DNA of 64,000 bases from Dipteris shenzhenensis. Taxonomy: Eukaryota. This document shows, in pieces, positions 50,480 to 62,572 of the stretch. The position numbers and the translations under genes are program-made. The stretch is from assembly GCA_047967505.1 (NCBI GenBank), contig CM106538.1; one strand, 5' to 3'. Within the stretch, counting starts at the first letter, position 1. Each line of letters starts with the position of its first letter. The notes under the pieces were generated by a model that saw only the letters and a program-made list of their open reading frames with translations, had not been told where the DNA came from and ran no database searches.

Positions 50480-53400
50480 ATGGAATTTGTCACAATTCAG
50501 AATGAGGATAGATCTTTGCATATGTTTGTTCGCACTTCCATAGGTAGAGGAGTGTTGTCAGAGATGGTGCTTGCTAACCATTTTCGATTCACACTTGGAT
50601 CCATATCTGTCCATCAGCACTTTGGTGATAATGGGTCTGATTTGACAATGGAGCTGCAATATGAAGTCCATGATGATGGATACAAAATGTTTCACCTTGA
50701 TGTGCAGTTTGGTGATATTTTCACCGTGAAGGGAGAAAGATTCAAGCTTGATGACAATGAAATTCAAAAGACTCAAGTGCACGAAAACAAAAAGGATTTC
50801 TACTCTGTTTGCAACAAAAATGATGAGGCAAGGAAACTGATTCAGCTAGCAACATTGAGAATGACAAACAACATAGTGTCATTGAGATTATTATGCAACT
50901 ACCTATAAAGAATAGATTGCATGAGGCCTATGAGAAGGTTGAAATGCACGTCACTGTGGATGAGTTGCCTTCTACTTATGATGGTGATGTTTTCTTTGAG
51001 CTACCAGCTACTTCAATGAAACATCGCACAAAAGGTACGGAGTCAAAATTTGATGGTCATGTTTAGAGTGATCCTATTACAATAAATATAGTATTTCCTG
51101 GTGTGGTTCATAGAAAGGAATGTGGAGGTCACCTCCGTTGTATAAATGCAACTTGTGGTTATAAAAAAAGAATTGGGATAGAGAATGAGACACAATGGGA
51201 TGGGAGATTGATTAGAGTGGCCCCAGCAAATGTGTCAATTGAATCATATGGCTCCTTATCATGTATACATTGTGGTCGTCCACCAATTTGCTTGGAGAGA
51301 TGTTACTGTGAAATATTACTCTGCATGCCAGAATGTAGAGATGGTGTGAATCTTACTCGTGCAGTCATACACCATGGCCATCATAATCATCCCGTTGGAG
51401 ATGGTTTGACTAGAAGAACAAAGGATGCCATTAAAACCAAAGTTTCTGAAATGGTGAGGGCTGGTGGTGCTGTATGCCCTAAAGGGATACAAAATATAAT
51501 TGTCCAAGACATTATTCTAGAAACTTTATTGTCTAAAAAAGTGCAAGATGGGATTAAGATGTCAGATGTTGAGCTACAAGATTTGCTAAAACAATGTGAA
51601 CCTTTGCTCAACAAAAGAAGGTAATTACCATAATATTTGTTATTGCATTGGTTTATTAAATTATGTTATTGATAATGAATATTGACCAACTTTATGTCTG
51701 TGTATAGATTATCAAGATGGATCGAGGAGGCTCGACGTGACTCTCGACCTATGTCAGATGGGCTAGATGGAATTTTATACTTGAAAAGACATTGTAGATA
51801 TAATTATTTCCAAAGTGTAGTGTTTCCTAGACAATTGCAACAAAGTTCATTTAGCAGGTGTCATGTATTTAAAATGTCTACCCAAGGTTCTGGTTCACGG
51901 GTTGATTTGGTAAATAAAATGAGACCTGGAGGAGAATTGGGTCATTGTTGGGTGTTGTTTGACTTTGTGAAGCGAATGAATGATTGGAAAGATGGGAGCA
52001 GTTCTGCAAGGCTTGGCCTGCAGGCATCTTCTACACCCTTTCCACGGGGGGATATTTGCTGGATGCATATGCCACCACCCTAGTTGTTAGCCCCTGTTCC
52101 ACAGATTCCCTAGGCTGTGCGCTCGGTTCTCTAGGAAACAGGCTAGTTATTTCTGACAGCCAGTTGTTTCTCTTGTACTTAACTTCCATAGTTCCTTTTG
52201 GCAGCTGAGTTGTACGATGTTTTTCAAGCATTAGTAGAAGCTTCCTTTTTCTAGGGGGGAAAAAAAAGTTTCGTGAAACATGTTTCGTATTTTTTGCATA
52301 GAAAAGTTTTGTGATTTTGATAGGAGTTTCGCCTAGGAACACGCTCTGTAAAATGCAGCAACTTGTGATCAAGGTGGAAGATACTGATGCACAAATTCTA
52401 TTTTGGGATACTCTCAACAAAGTAATGGTTTCAGAAGGGTTTAACAATGCTGAATTCAAAGGGTTCATGGCAGATGAGGCCCAAGCCAACTGGAGAGCTG
52501 TACATGCCACTTTCAATGGTGGCCCAGACAATATAATGGAAGGGAAAGAGCGTTCTTGCCTTTTCCATTGGGAGCAAAGTCTTCATTCCCATGCAAAGGC
52601 ATGTATAAAAGTTGGCAGCCAAGAGGAATTTAAAATCCGATGTAGACGTTGGAAGGATGCCTCTACAGAGCAAGCTGTAGAAGTCAAAATGAGAAGCCTA
52701 AGGGCATGGTGGAATGCAGGCCATGCAAGTGATTCAGACTTGCCACGGCTTGAAACTTGGTTTGCATGGTGGCATGCTAGGATTTCCCATTGGGGCCACT
52801 ACATTATAGAGGTTGGTTTTGTATTTCTCTTGAATTTTTTTAAATCATGTTTATAATGTAATTTTGCCATTACAATATCTCTGCAATGCTTGGTTTGCAG
52901 AGTATGTTAGATAACGAGAAGTACTTGATACCTCAAACAAATCTAGCAGAGTCTATTCATGGTAGTTGGAGGGCTGGATTGAACCATGTCAAATATGTTG
53001 GTCTCTACAATGCCTCTATCAGTGACCTCTCAAATGCAATTTTACAAAGCTCTAGATACACATCTTTTTTGAAGGGCCAGTTTATCGGAAGTGGGCCGAG
53101 TCTAGAGACCTTAAAAAAAAGATCTTCAAAATCTCGGATTGACATTAGTGCCAAAACAGTTGTTGATCTAACAAGTAATGTTGCAAAGGAAATGGGTGTT
53201 GTATCTGAAGTATGTTTTAATGATGGAGATGACAAGACTATGCGAAGGAAAAGGCCAAAGTCAATGCCTTCAAATATATGTGAGGATGATAGTCACCGCC
53301 TTGAGTACAGTTATGCAAATAAGAAAAGATACTCCATGTCTCCAAAATCTAGTACTAAATTTGCAACAGAGAGTTTTGAGGATGATGATTCCAAGAGTGT

Positions 53401-54232
53401 ACAAGAATATGAAGTGCATGATGCAAATTGGGCATTACGAAGAGTTCCTATAGCAAGCCAAGTCTGTTGCCAGGCTTGGCTTGGACAAGGAGGAAAATGT
53501 AACAAGCTTGTCAATATAAAGGATCATGAAAATTGACGTGGAGTTGTTGCACCATCATTCTTTGGGAGGATTCAAACACCAATTGGAGTGCACTCCCAAA
53601 TGATTTGGTTTTGTGGAAATGATGTAACCCACACGTGGAAGCCATCGACTAGCATTACAAGTATTCCAGGACCATCACCAGGAAGGTGGAAGGTTCAATC
53701 AGGAACATCCTTGACAAGTGTAGAGATTGCCAGGTTGACAAGCTCGGGGTTTGTCATATTAGGAGTGTCAACTCCGATGGTGGGTGCAAGTTGTGTTTCA
53801 CCAATTCAAGCCCATGATGAAACAATAGTATTGCATGACGATCGACCTCGGCGTCGAGATGGCAAAGCAATCAGATGACGAAACAAATTCTCCAAAGAAA
53901 TGGAAGATAGAATTCAGAGGTCATTGGTCATGAAATGCATTGTTAAGGACGCAACCGTCGTGAAGGCCATGGAGCATGCTAAGTTTATTATTTCTACAGA
54001 AGGATCAATGCAAAAAGGTATTGAATACAAGGTTGACATTTCTCCATTTCCTTCTTGCAATTGTGAAGACTTCATTGGATGATCATGCAAATTGGATGCC
54101 TATATTCCATGCAAACATATTTATTACATCTTCCTTTCATACCTTGGATTGGATAGCAGAAATAATATGTTTGTTCACCAAGCCACCTTGAGTAAAAAAG
54201 AGATATTCCAGGCATTGTCCCGCATGCCTTGA
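50480..54232 (+). pseudogene. MULE-type DDE transposase with N-terminal GCM/WRKY-like zinc domain and C-terminal SWIM finger
   Basis: Motifs CGGHLRCINATC...CIHC...C-C...HGHHNHP, VLFDFVKR, FMADEAQAN, SCLFHWEQS, TNLAESIH and SCNCEDF...PCKHIYYI. Introns at 51621-51707 and 52812-52900. Premature stops at ~50906, 51064, 53534, 53876 and 54080; foreign segment at ~51990-52335. Confidence 0.87.
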
Positions 54233-55260
54233 GGTTTAGTTTTTGGAGACTGTACTTTCATGATGGTCAACAGAAAATGGAAGGGCTATTATAATAATCC
54301 TTTTTCCATGAGGATTTTGAACCACAAAAATGGTATTTTTTTTAGGACTGAACCTTCATGATGTTGAATACAAAATGAAAAGATATCTATAATAATCCTT
54401 TTTTCCATGAAGATTTTGAACCACAAGAATAATGTTTTTGGAGCCTTTTGCATTTCTCCTTGTGTAAAATTTTGGTTTGTTTCTCTACTTGTTGATAATT
54501 GTGGCAGGACACTTTGTAGAAAATTTATTTGAAATAACATGAACTCAACACATCTAGTAGCCAAATACCAAACTATGAGTAAAATATTGACTTAAAATTT
54601 GGCTATATTTGTTACATTTCCTTTCGTACCTTGGATTGGATATAAGAAATCCTTTTTTCCATGAGTAATTTGATAATTGTGGTAGGACATTTTGAAGGAT
54701 GATTTTACATCACAAAAGTTTGAACATGTCTTCTATGTGATAAATTATGTCTTCATTTTCATTTGCATAGGTTGAAAACTTATTTGAAATAATATGAACA
54801 TGTATTGGAATATACAACAAATAATAAAATAGAAAATATTGTGAGTGTATTTGACTTAAAATTGGGCTATATTATTTACATATTACTTATATGGATAGAA
54901 AAGATAATATTTTTGGTCACCAAGCTAACTTGAGTACAAAAGAGATCTTCACAGCATTATCTTGCATGCCTCAAGGCCTGGTTTTTGCAAATTGCACACC
55001 TTCATGATGTTGAACAAAATTTGAAAGGACTATTATAATAATACTTTTTGCGATGGAGATTTTGAACCACCAAAATAATGTTTTGGAGTCTTTTTCAATA
55101 CTCCTTATGGAAACTTTGGGCTATTTCTATACTTGATACTTGATAATTGTGATAATTGTGATGGGACGCCTTATAGGATGATTTTACAATCACAAAACTT
55201 TGAACGTGTCTTTTACGTGATAAATCATATCTTCATTTGTAGTAATGTAGGTTGGAAACA
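54120..55260. repeat. Mosaic tandem duplications of the transposase 3' end/3' UTR
   Basis: 54150-54240 recurs at ~54893-54980. tataataat-ctttt...gattttgaaccac occurs at ~54290, 54388 and 55033. cctttc-taccttggattggata occurs at 54133 and 54620. Confidence 0.8.
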
Positions 55261-56000
55261 TATTAAAATTGTCAATATAGAATAATTAGAAAACTATGAG
55301 CTAGTGTAACAAAGATGCAGAATACTTGATTTTGCTAAGGTCGAATGTAATCTTTCTTTTTTTTGGTGGATTATACATCCCATTTAATCAAAAAAGGGGT
55401 CTAGCAACTTCAAGATTTGTTTTTTGGTTATTGGTTGTTGTGGTTTATTAGTTTACAAGGTTAACCACTTCTTTTATTGAGCAATATGGACCCTTCATTT
55501 ACAAAACAGTTTCATAATCATGGCCTCATTTCATGAACTTCAAGAGGTAGAAAACTTGTTTAGTCAGAAATGAGGATATCTATTTCATTTCTTAAGCAAT
55601 ATGACCCCTTTATTCACAAAAGGGGTCCATACACTTGGATTGTTTTCATAAACTTTGACACAAAAAAACTACATTCTAATCCAATTTGCTCAAATGCTCA
55701 GATGGTTTTGCTCAAAAATTAGAAATCCCCCATGGGGTTTAACCCTTCCACGGATGCTTTATAAATTGATATAAGCCCTAAATTCTTTGCGTTGGCTTGA
55801 AGCACTCTAGCCTCTTCAGATGCTTGTTGCTTCATTCGAGCGACATCCTTTTTAAGTTCCTGTTCTCGATGGATGGCATGTAACGTTTGCAACGTTAAGG
55901 GGTGGTAGTAGTACTTAAGCTTACTACCATTAATATAGCCATCCATCTCAGTACTCGGAAGGAGGGCTTGACACTCATGAAGGGAGTGGGAGCACCATCA

Positions 56001-56203
56001 GCTTTGATACCATGATGAAGAGAGAGAGAGAGAGAGAGGAGTGCACACATTATAGCTACATGTACACTATGTTGTATTGAACATAAACATGAATATATAC
56101 ATGAGAAATCCTTAGGGTTAGTGTTAGGGTTAGGATAAGGGCTAGGGCTAGGGTTTGCCCTATGAGCCCTATCTAGATAGTACAATTTACACTGTCCTCA
56201 ACA
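56001..56203 (-). mobile_element. Truncated LTR element: one LTR (56013-56203) plus PBS
   Basis: Minus strand TGTTGAG...TCA is followed by TGGTATCAAAGC (tRNA-iMet PBS-like, 56001-56012). Contains telomere-like TTAGGG motifs. Confidence 0.7.
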
Positions 56204-56654
56204 TGTCTTCGAATTATTGCAAACTTCAAAGAATCAATATGAGCATGAAAGATCAGGTCCCAGTTAGGTGCTCGCAAGATCGAGGCTAAGGCTAGGACAA
56301 GTTTAAGGGTTTCATAGGAGGTTTGACTCTCTTCCGTCTAGTAGAAGATGACCAATAGTTTGTACAATGGGCGGGCAATCTCAGCATAGTTGTATATGAA
56401 TCTACGATAGTAGCCTGTTTGCTCGGTAAACCTTTGTCAACGTTTGAAGATTGGCATATTGTGTCACTCTGCAACTCAATTGGATCCCATGCACATCAGT
56501 TCTGCTTGCGTCTGTATGCTTGGAGGTTTCTTAGTCTTGAGGGTATCGGGAGTAGATTCTCTACTGCTTACAGTTACTCGATCCCCCTTTTTCTCCTAGC
56601 TGGGGGCCACATGCATCTAATAAAGGTCAAAACACTATCAAGTCAGGATGACAT

Positions 56655-59600
56655 TGTGGGGGTTAAAGGTCACTGTGCCTTAACCCCGGTTATGTACAAT
56701 ACTCAAACACATATATAAATGAATGAAAAAGAAGATTAGGGTGGTTCTGCACCCACCAAAACTTGTGTGGCTCTCTGTCTCTCTCTCTCTCGCTCTCTCT
56801 CCTTCTTCCATTCTTGCTTCCGTTGAGAGCACTCTCAACTGGTATCAGAGCCCGGGTGATCTAGCTGAGCGTGCGTGAATGCTTGAAGCTCAGCAGCTCT
56901 GTGGGAGGAAGGAGAAGCTTTGTGGGAAGCTTTGTGGGTGACTTTACTTGCATCCGAGTGTGCAGAGACCTTGGAGGAACCTTTGGAAAAGTCACTTTGG
57001 CTTTGCGAAGTGGTTTTGAGAGCCTGTTAAGAGCTTTCAAAGAAAAAGTCGTTTTTTGAGCTTTTCCCTGTTCCGTTCGATGACAGAGACTCCGTATTGA
57101 CTTGTAGAGGCAACTATTGCTTGCTTTTGGTGTCCACATTACTTCAGGAGCTTGGAAACACCTTCATTCTTGAATCTGGGATCATTTCAGTGGATTTCTG
57201 AGTCACTGTGTCAGTTCCTGCGTTTTTTGCCCGGGTGTTGGAACTCAAGTTTGGAGCAACCATTTGCAGATCTGTCAGTTCCGGTGGACTCAGGAGGTCC
57301 TAAAACTTCTATGTTGCTCATCATTCGCACTCCGGTGGAGTTTACAAACAGCTCTGTTTCTAAAAACGTTTTTCAGCCCGTGTGTTGGACCCAGTGATTG
57401 AGACCACGGTTTCCAAAACCGTCTGTCCCATTGCATTCCGGACGCCCAAAAACCCCTACCTATCAGTTCTTGCGTGAATCGGTGGAGGATTTTCAGAGTT
57501 ATAAATCTCTGTGTATTCGATTTCGTCTCTCTGTTATGCATTTTTCATACTAAGGTTTTGAAACCTTAGATTTATGCCACATGGCAGTGGATAAGTGTTG
57601 ACTCCCATTTCTCACTCATCGGTTGGGATTTTGGAGTTCTGGCAGAAGAGAGATATTTGCAGATTTTCTTGCTGATTTCGATTATGCAATGGCGCCCATG
57701 TTTTGAGGCATCTCAGGTTCTATTTTCAGTAGCGCTCATTACCGTGGGACTATGATTTCTTGAGCATACCTTATGCAGATCACTCTGGTTGCAGTTTGAG
57801 TAGTGTGCGCTCATTCGTGGTATGCATTGGGTTGCAATGGATGATTTATAGGCCATTTGGATGCATTGCGGTCCTTGTTGGATGCGCTGATAGGCCCAAA
57901 TTGCCTTATGGGATGCTATTTTTTATGGACGCTTTGCACATGGATGCTATTTTATGCTGAGGGACAGCTTTGAAACATTGCAGGTGATGCACTGATAGTG
58001 CTATGCTCTCTTGGATGAGACATTATTGATGCATATGCCAGTGGACAGTGTTTATGCTTGAGTCATTTGGCACTTATTGGCATTTTCTTTTGGGCCAGAT
58101 TTGCTCATATGGATGCATAGTATATGCACATGAGTCAGATGCTTTGAGCTTTGAGTTTTGGTGATATTTCACTCTATTGTGGCATACACATTTGGGTGCA
58201 CCTAGTATTTGGTGTGATTCTCTCTTGCAGGCACTAGCATTTGGGATTTTGCTTTATTTGCATCATGGCATCCTCTTCCACATCTGAAAAGGAGTTTTTC
58301 AGCATTAGAAAGTTTGATGGGACAAACTTTTCTTTGTGGAAAGAACAAATTAGGGATGTGCTTATTCAAAAGAAGCAGATTAAACCCTTGGCAGGGATTG
58401 AAGCTAAGCCTGCAAATATGTCTGAGGATGATTGGAATGAGTTGGATGCATTAGCAAAGTCTACTATTAGACTTCATCTTGCAGAGTCAGTTTATTTCAC
58501 AGTAGTAAATGAGAAGACTACGGAAGATTTGTGGAAGAAATTGTGTGCCACTTATGAAAATGAAACTGCCTCTAATAAAGTTTACCTCATGAAGAGGTTG
58601 TTTGAGCTGCAGATGAAGGAAGGGGTCTCCATTGCTTCTCACTTGAATGAATTCAATATTATTTTCAGCCAGCTTCAGGCTCAGAAAATGAATTTTGATG
58701 CGGAGACTAAGGCAATATTTCTCTTATGTTCATTGCCATCCTCATGGGATACCTTCCGTACAGCTGTCAGTAACTCTGCACCTGGTGGAGTACTGAAATT
58801 TGATGATGTTGTGGGTAGCTTGTTGGCCGAGGAGATTAGACGGAAGTCTATGGATGGCAACAAGCAGGATGCAGCCTTAAATGTGCAAAGGGGCAGATCA
58901 CAGTTCAGGGGGAAGTCCCAAGAAAGAGGGAAGTCTCGTAGCAAATCCAGGGCACGGAACATTGAGTGTTACCATTGTGGCAAGAAGGGCTATATGAAAA
59001 AGGATTGCTACAAGTTGAAAAGAGAGCAAAAGGATAAGAAAAAGAATGCAAATTGGGGTGCAAATCAAAAGGAAGAGAGTCCAAGGGAGGACAAAGGAAA
59101 AGTGAAGATCGAGGAGATCAATGCAGTCACACGTGATAGTGACAATGATGTTCTCTTCATGTCTAGTTTATCTGCAGAGTTGCTTACCACTTCAGATGAT
59201 GCATATTCCCAGGATTGGATTTTGGATTCTGGTGCTTCATTCCATGTTACTCCCCATAGGGAATGGTTCTCCACTTATGATAGTGGAAAGACAGGTTGTG
59301 TGCATCTTGGAAATGACTATGCATGTGACATAGTGGGAGCAGGTGACATAAAGTTTTCTTTTGCAAATGGGTCTGCATTTGTTTTGAAACATGTGAGACA
59401 TGTGCCTAAGCTGACCAAGAGTCTTATTTCAGTGGGTCAGCTAGATGATGCTGGTTTTCACACCACTTTTGGCTTTCAGAGTTGGAAAATTCAGAAGGGC
59501 TCTATGCTTTTGGCCAGGGGTGCCAAGTGTGGGACTTTGTATCCCTTACATGTATCAGGGGTATTTGATCATGTTGTTGCAATAACCGAGCAGCCAAGCA

Positions 59601-62572
59601 CTTCTTTGTGGCATTGCAGGTTGGGGCACATGAGCCAGAATGGAATGAAACTCTTATGCCGTTTGGGTTATGTACCGCGTTTGAGTTTCTCTGATTTTGA
59701 ATTTTGTGAGCACTGTCTCTATGGGAAGCAGACTAAATCAGCCCATAAAAGAAGGGGAAAGAAAGAGTTTGAAATGCTTGATTTGGTGCATTCAGATGTA
59801 TGTGGTCCCATGCCTACACGGTCATTAGGCGGGGCTGAATACTATGTGACATTCATTGATGATGCAACTAGGAAAGTGTGGGCTTATGCTATAGCTCGGA
59901 AGAGTGATGTTTTCCAGGTATTTCAGAAATGGCTGGCCTTGGTTGAGAATCAGTCAGGTAGAATGCTTAAATGCCTACGGACTGACAATGGTGGAGAGTA
60001 TCTCTCTCATGACTTTCAGCATTTCTGTGATACACGTGGGATTAAGAGGGAGCTCACATCCCCTCCAAAGCAAAATCCAGTTGCAGAAAAGATGAATCGT
60101 ACCATTCAAGAAAGGTTGCAATGCATGCTTTCCAATGCAAGTCTTTCTGGTGGTTTTTGGGCTGAGGCAATGAAGACTGCAGTGCATGTGATCAATAGAT
60201 CACCTAGTAAGAGTTTGGATGGTGGTATTCCTGAAGAGGCATGGAGTGGCAAGAAGCCCTCTTACTCTCATTTGCGTATATTTGGGTGTGAGGCATATGC
60301 ACATGTGCCAAAAGAGCTTCGAAAGAAGCTAGATCCTAAGTCTAGGAAATGCATCTTTCTGGGTTATGGTGAAAGTGGAGAGATGGGCTATCGTCTCTGG
60401 GATCCAGAAGCAAAGAAGATCATACGCAGCCATGATGTGGTCTTCAATGAGAAGAAGATGCATAAGGCACCCATGAGGGATGTGGAAATGAGGAGAATCA
60501 CTTTCCAGGATGTGAATCCACCTGCATATGTTGATAGACAACAAGCTGTCCATGCACCAAATGTGCAAGAAATGGTACAACCAAGTACTCCCACAGGTAT
60601 ACAATCAAGGGTAGATGATGGATCATCTATTGGTGGAAATGATGAGCCAAATGTGGCTGATATGCAAGTGGGACAGCAAACTGAAATGCCATTGAGAAGA
60701 TCATCTAGAGTGTCTAGACCGCCTGATAGGTTTGTTCCAGGGGTAGACTATGTGATGCTTACTGATTGCGGGGAGCCTTCTTGCTACAAAGAGGCTATGA
60801 TGCGTGAGGATCAACGCAAGTGGGAGTATGCTATGCAATCAGAGTATGCAATCAGAGATGAGTTCACTTATGAAGAATAAGACTTGGGACTTGGTTTCTT
60901 TGCTACATGGAAAGAAAGCATTGCCATGTAAATGGGTCTACAAAATGAAGGTCACAGGTGATGATGTGCCTAGATACAAGGCCCGTTTGGTTGCTAAAGG
61001 GTTCAAGCAAGAGAAGGGTGTGGACTTTGATGAGATATTCTCTCCGGTTGTGAAGATGACCACACTTAGATGCATGCTTGGACTAGTGGCAGTAGAGGAT
61101 ATGGAGCTTATGCAAATGGATGTCAAGACAGCTTTCTTGCATGGGGATTTGCATGAGGAAATTTACATGGTGCAGCCGGAAGGCTTTGAAGAAAAGGGTA
61201 AAGAGCATTTAGTTTGCAAGCTGAAGAAGAGTCTCTATGGTCTTAAGCAAGCGCCTAGAGAATGGTATCAGAAGTTTGATGCTTTCATTCGGTCCCAGGG
61301 TTTCAGAAGGAGTGAAATTGATCACTGCCTCTACACTAAAAGGGCTAAGGATAATAGCCTGATAATCCTGGCACTATATGTGGATGATATGCTATTGGCT
61401 AGCAAGAATACTTATGAGCTAGATGCTTTAAAGGCCAAGTTGCATGAGGCCTTTGATATGAAGGATTTGGGACTTGCAGGTCATATTCTTGGTATGCGCA
61501 TCATGCGTGATCGGAGTAGGAAATTCCTTTGGCTTTCACAAAAAGAGTATGTTACAAAAGTATTACAGCGTTTCAATATGGAGGGGGGGAAGGCAGTGAG
61601 TACTCCATTGCCTCCATATGTGAAACTGAGTCATACAGATAGTCCCAAATCAGATGAGGAGAGGGCCATGATGGCCAAGGTTCCTTATGCATCAGCAGTT
61701 GGGAGTCTTATGTATGCTATGATAGCTACTAGACCAGACATTGCATTTGCAGTGGGAGTTGTTAGCCGGTATATGGCTAATCCAGGAAAGAGGCATTGGG
61801 AGGCAGTTAAGTGCATCATGAGGTACATGAAGGGTACCAAGGAGATGTGCATCTGCTTTGGTAAAGGAGACATGCGTGTACTTGGGTACACAGATTCAGA
61901 CTATGCAGGGCATGTGGATAGTAGGAGATCCACTTCTGGTTATGTGTTCATCTTTGCAGGTGGTGCAGTGTCGTGGATGTCTCGCGCACAGAAGTGCGTT
62001 GCTTTGTCTACCACAGAGGCTGAGTATGTTGCAGCCACAGAGGGTTGCAAGGAGGCTATATGGCTTGATCGGCTAGTGGGAGATTTGGGGATTCATACAG
62101 GTGTACCGACATTGCATAGTGATTCCATGAGTGCTATTCAGCTAGCATGGAATCCGGTCTTTCATGCAAAGACCAAACACATTGAGGTCAGGTACCATTT
62201 CATCAGGGAGGTACTTGAGGACAAGCGCATAGAGCTTGTCAAGGTTCATACAGATGATAACCCTGCAGATATGCTGACGAAGAGTCTACCTAGTCAGCGG
62301 TTTGAGTATTGTCGTGTATTGATGGGCATTGGATAGTATGCTCACTGGTTCTTCTCCCTTAAAGGCACATTGTCCTTTAAGTGGGAGGTTGTGGGGGTTA
62401 AAGGTCACTGTGCCTTAACCCCGGTTATGTACAATACTCAAACACATATATAAATGAATGAAAAAGAAGATTAGGGTGGTTCTGCACCCACCAAAACTTG
62501 TGTGGCTCTCTGTCTCTCTCTCTCTCGCTCTCTCTCCTTCTTCCATTCTTGCTTCCGTTGAGAGCACTCTCA
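56655..62572 (+). mobile_element. Ty1/copia LTR retrotransposon, recent insertion
   Basis: Identical 183-bp LTRs at 56655-56837 and 62390-62572. Perfect TSD GACAT, PBS TGGTATCAGAGC at 56840-56851, PPT before 62390. Confidence 0.97.
58265..62336 (+). pseudogene. Copia gag-pol (gag, protease, integrase, RT, RNase H) split by one frameshift
   Basis: Motifs FDGTNF, WILDSGAS, HSDVCG, FIDDATR, TDNGGEY, LYVDDM and STTEAEY. The frameshift is caused by the 13-bp duplication at 60832-60857. Confidence 0.95.

Larger units (their letters stand above)
42809..55730. mobile_element. Mutator-like (MULE) DNA transposon, 12.9 kb, with divergent transposase and ParB-methyltransferase genes
   Basis: 9-bp TSD CATGGGGTT at 42800-42808 and 55731-55739. 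Ungapped imperfect TIRs: GGGTATGTCTTTTCTCTGAGC-n7-TCTGAGCA versus reverse-complement GGGGATTTCTAATTTTTGAGC-n7-TCTGAGCA. Excision restores the host ORF frame (EGLNPM|EDLTVAP). Confidence 0.88.
39000..56650 (-). mobile_element. Ty3/gypsy-like remnant hosting nested insertions (MULE 42809-55730; LTR fragment 56001-56203)
   Basis: Minus strand gives QTGYYRRFIYNYAEIARPLYKLL (~56360-56425), LRAPNWDLIFHAHIDS (RNase H start, ~56225-56280) and an integrase tail DGYINGSKLKYY (~55910-55945). Across the MULE it continues in frame to VDAFINFGASHNLIS. The 39000-42500 extent is inferred from degenerate ORFs and is uncertain. Confidence 0.7.

Noticed and set aside
43882-54232. Premature stops repaired by U-to-C RNA editing or readthrough
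   Set aside because: Such editing is organellar. The stops fit deamination of methylated nuclear DNA, and true frameshifts exist (13-bp duplication at 45812-45837).
60804-60880. Programmed ribosomal frameshift in copia pol
   Set aside because: Fully explained by an exact 13-bp tandem duplication; copia elements do not normally frameshift between integrase and RT.
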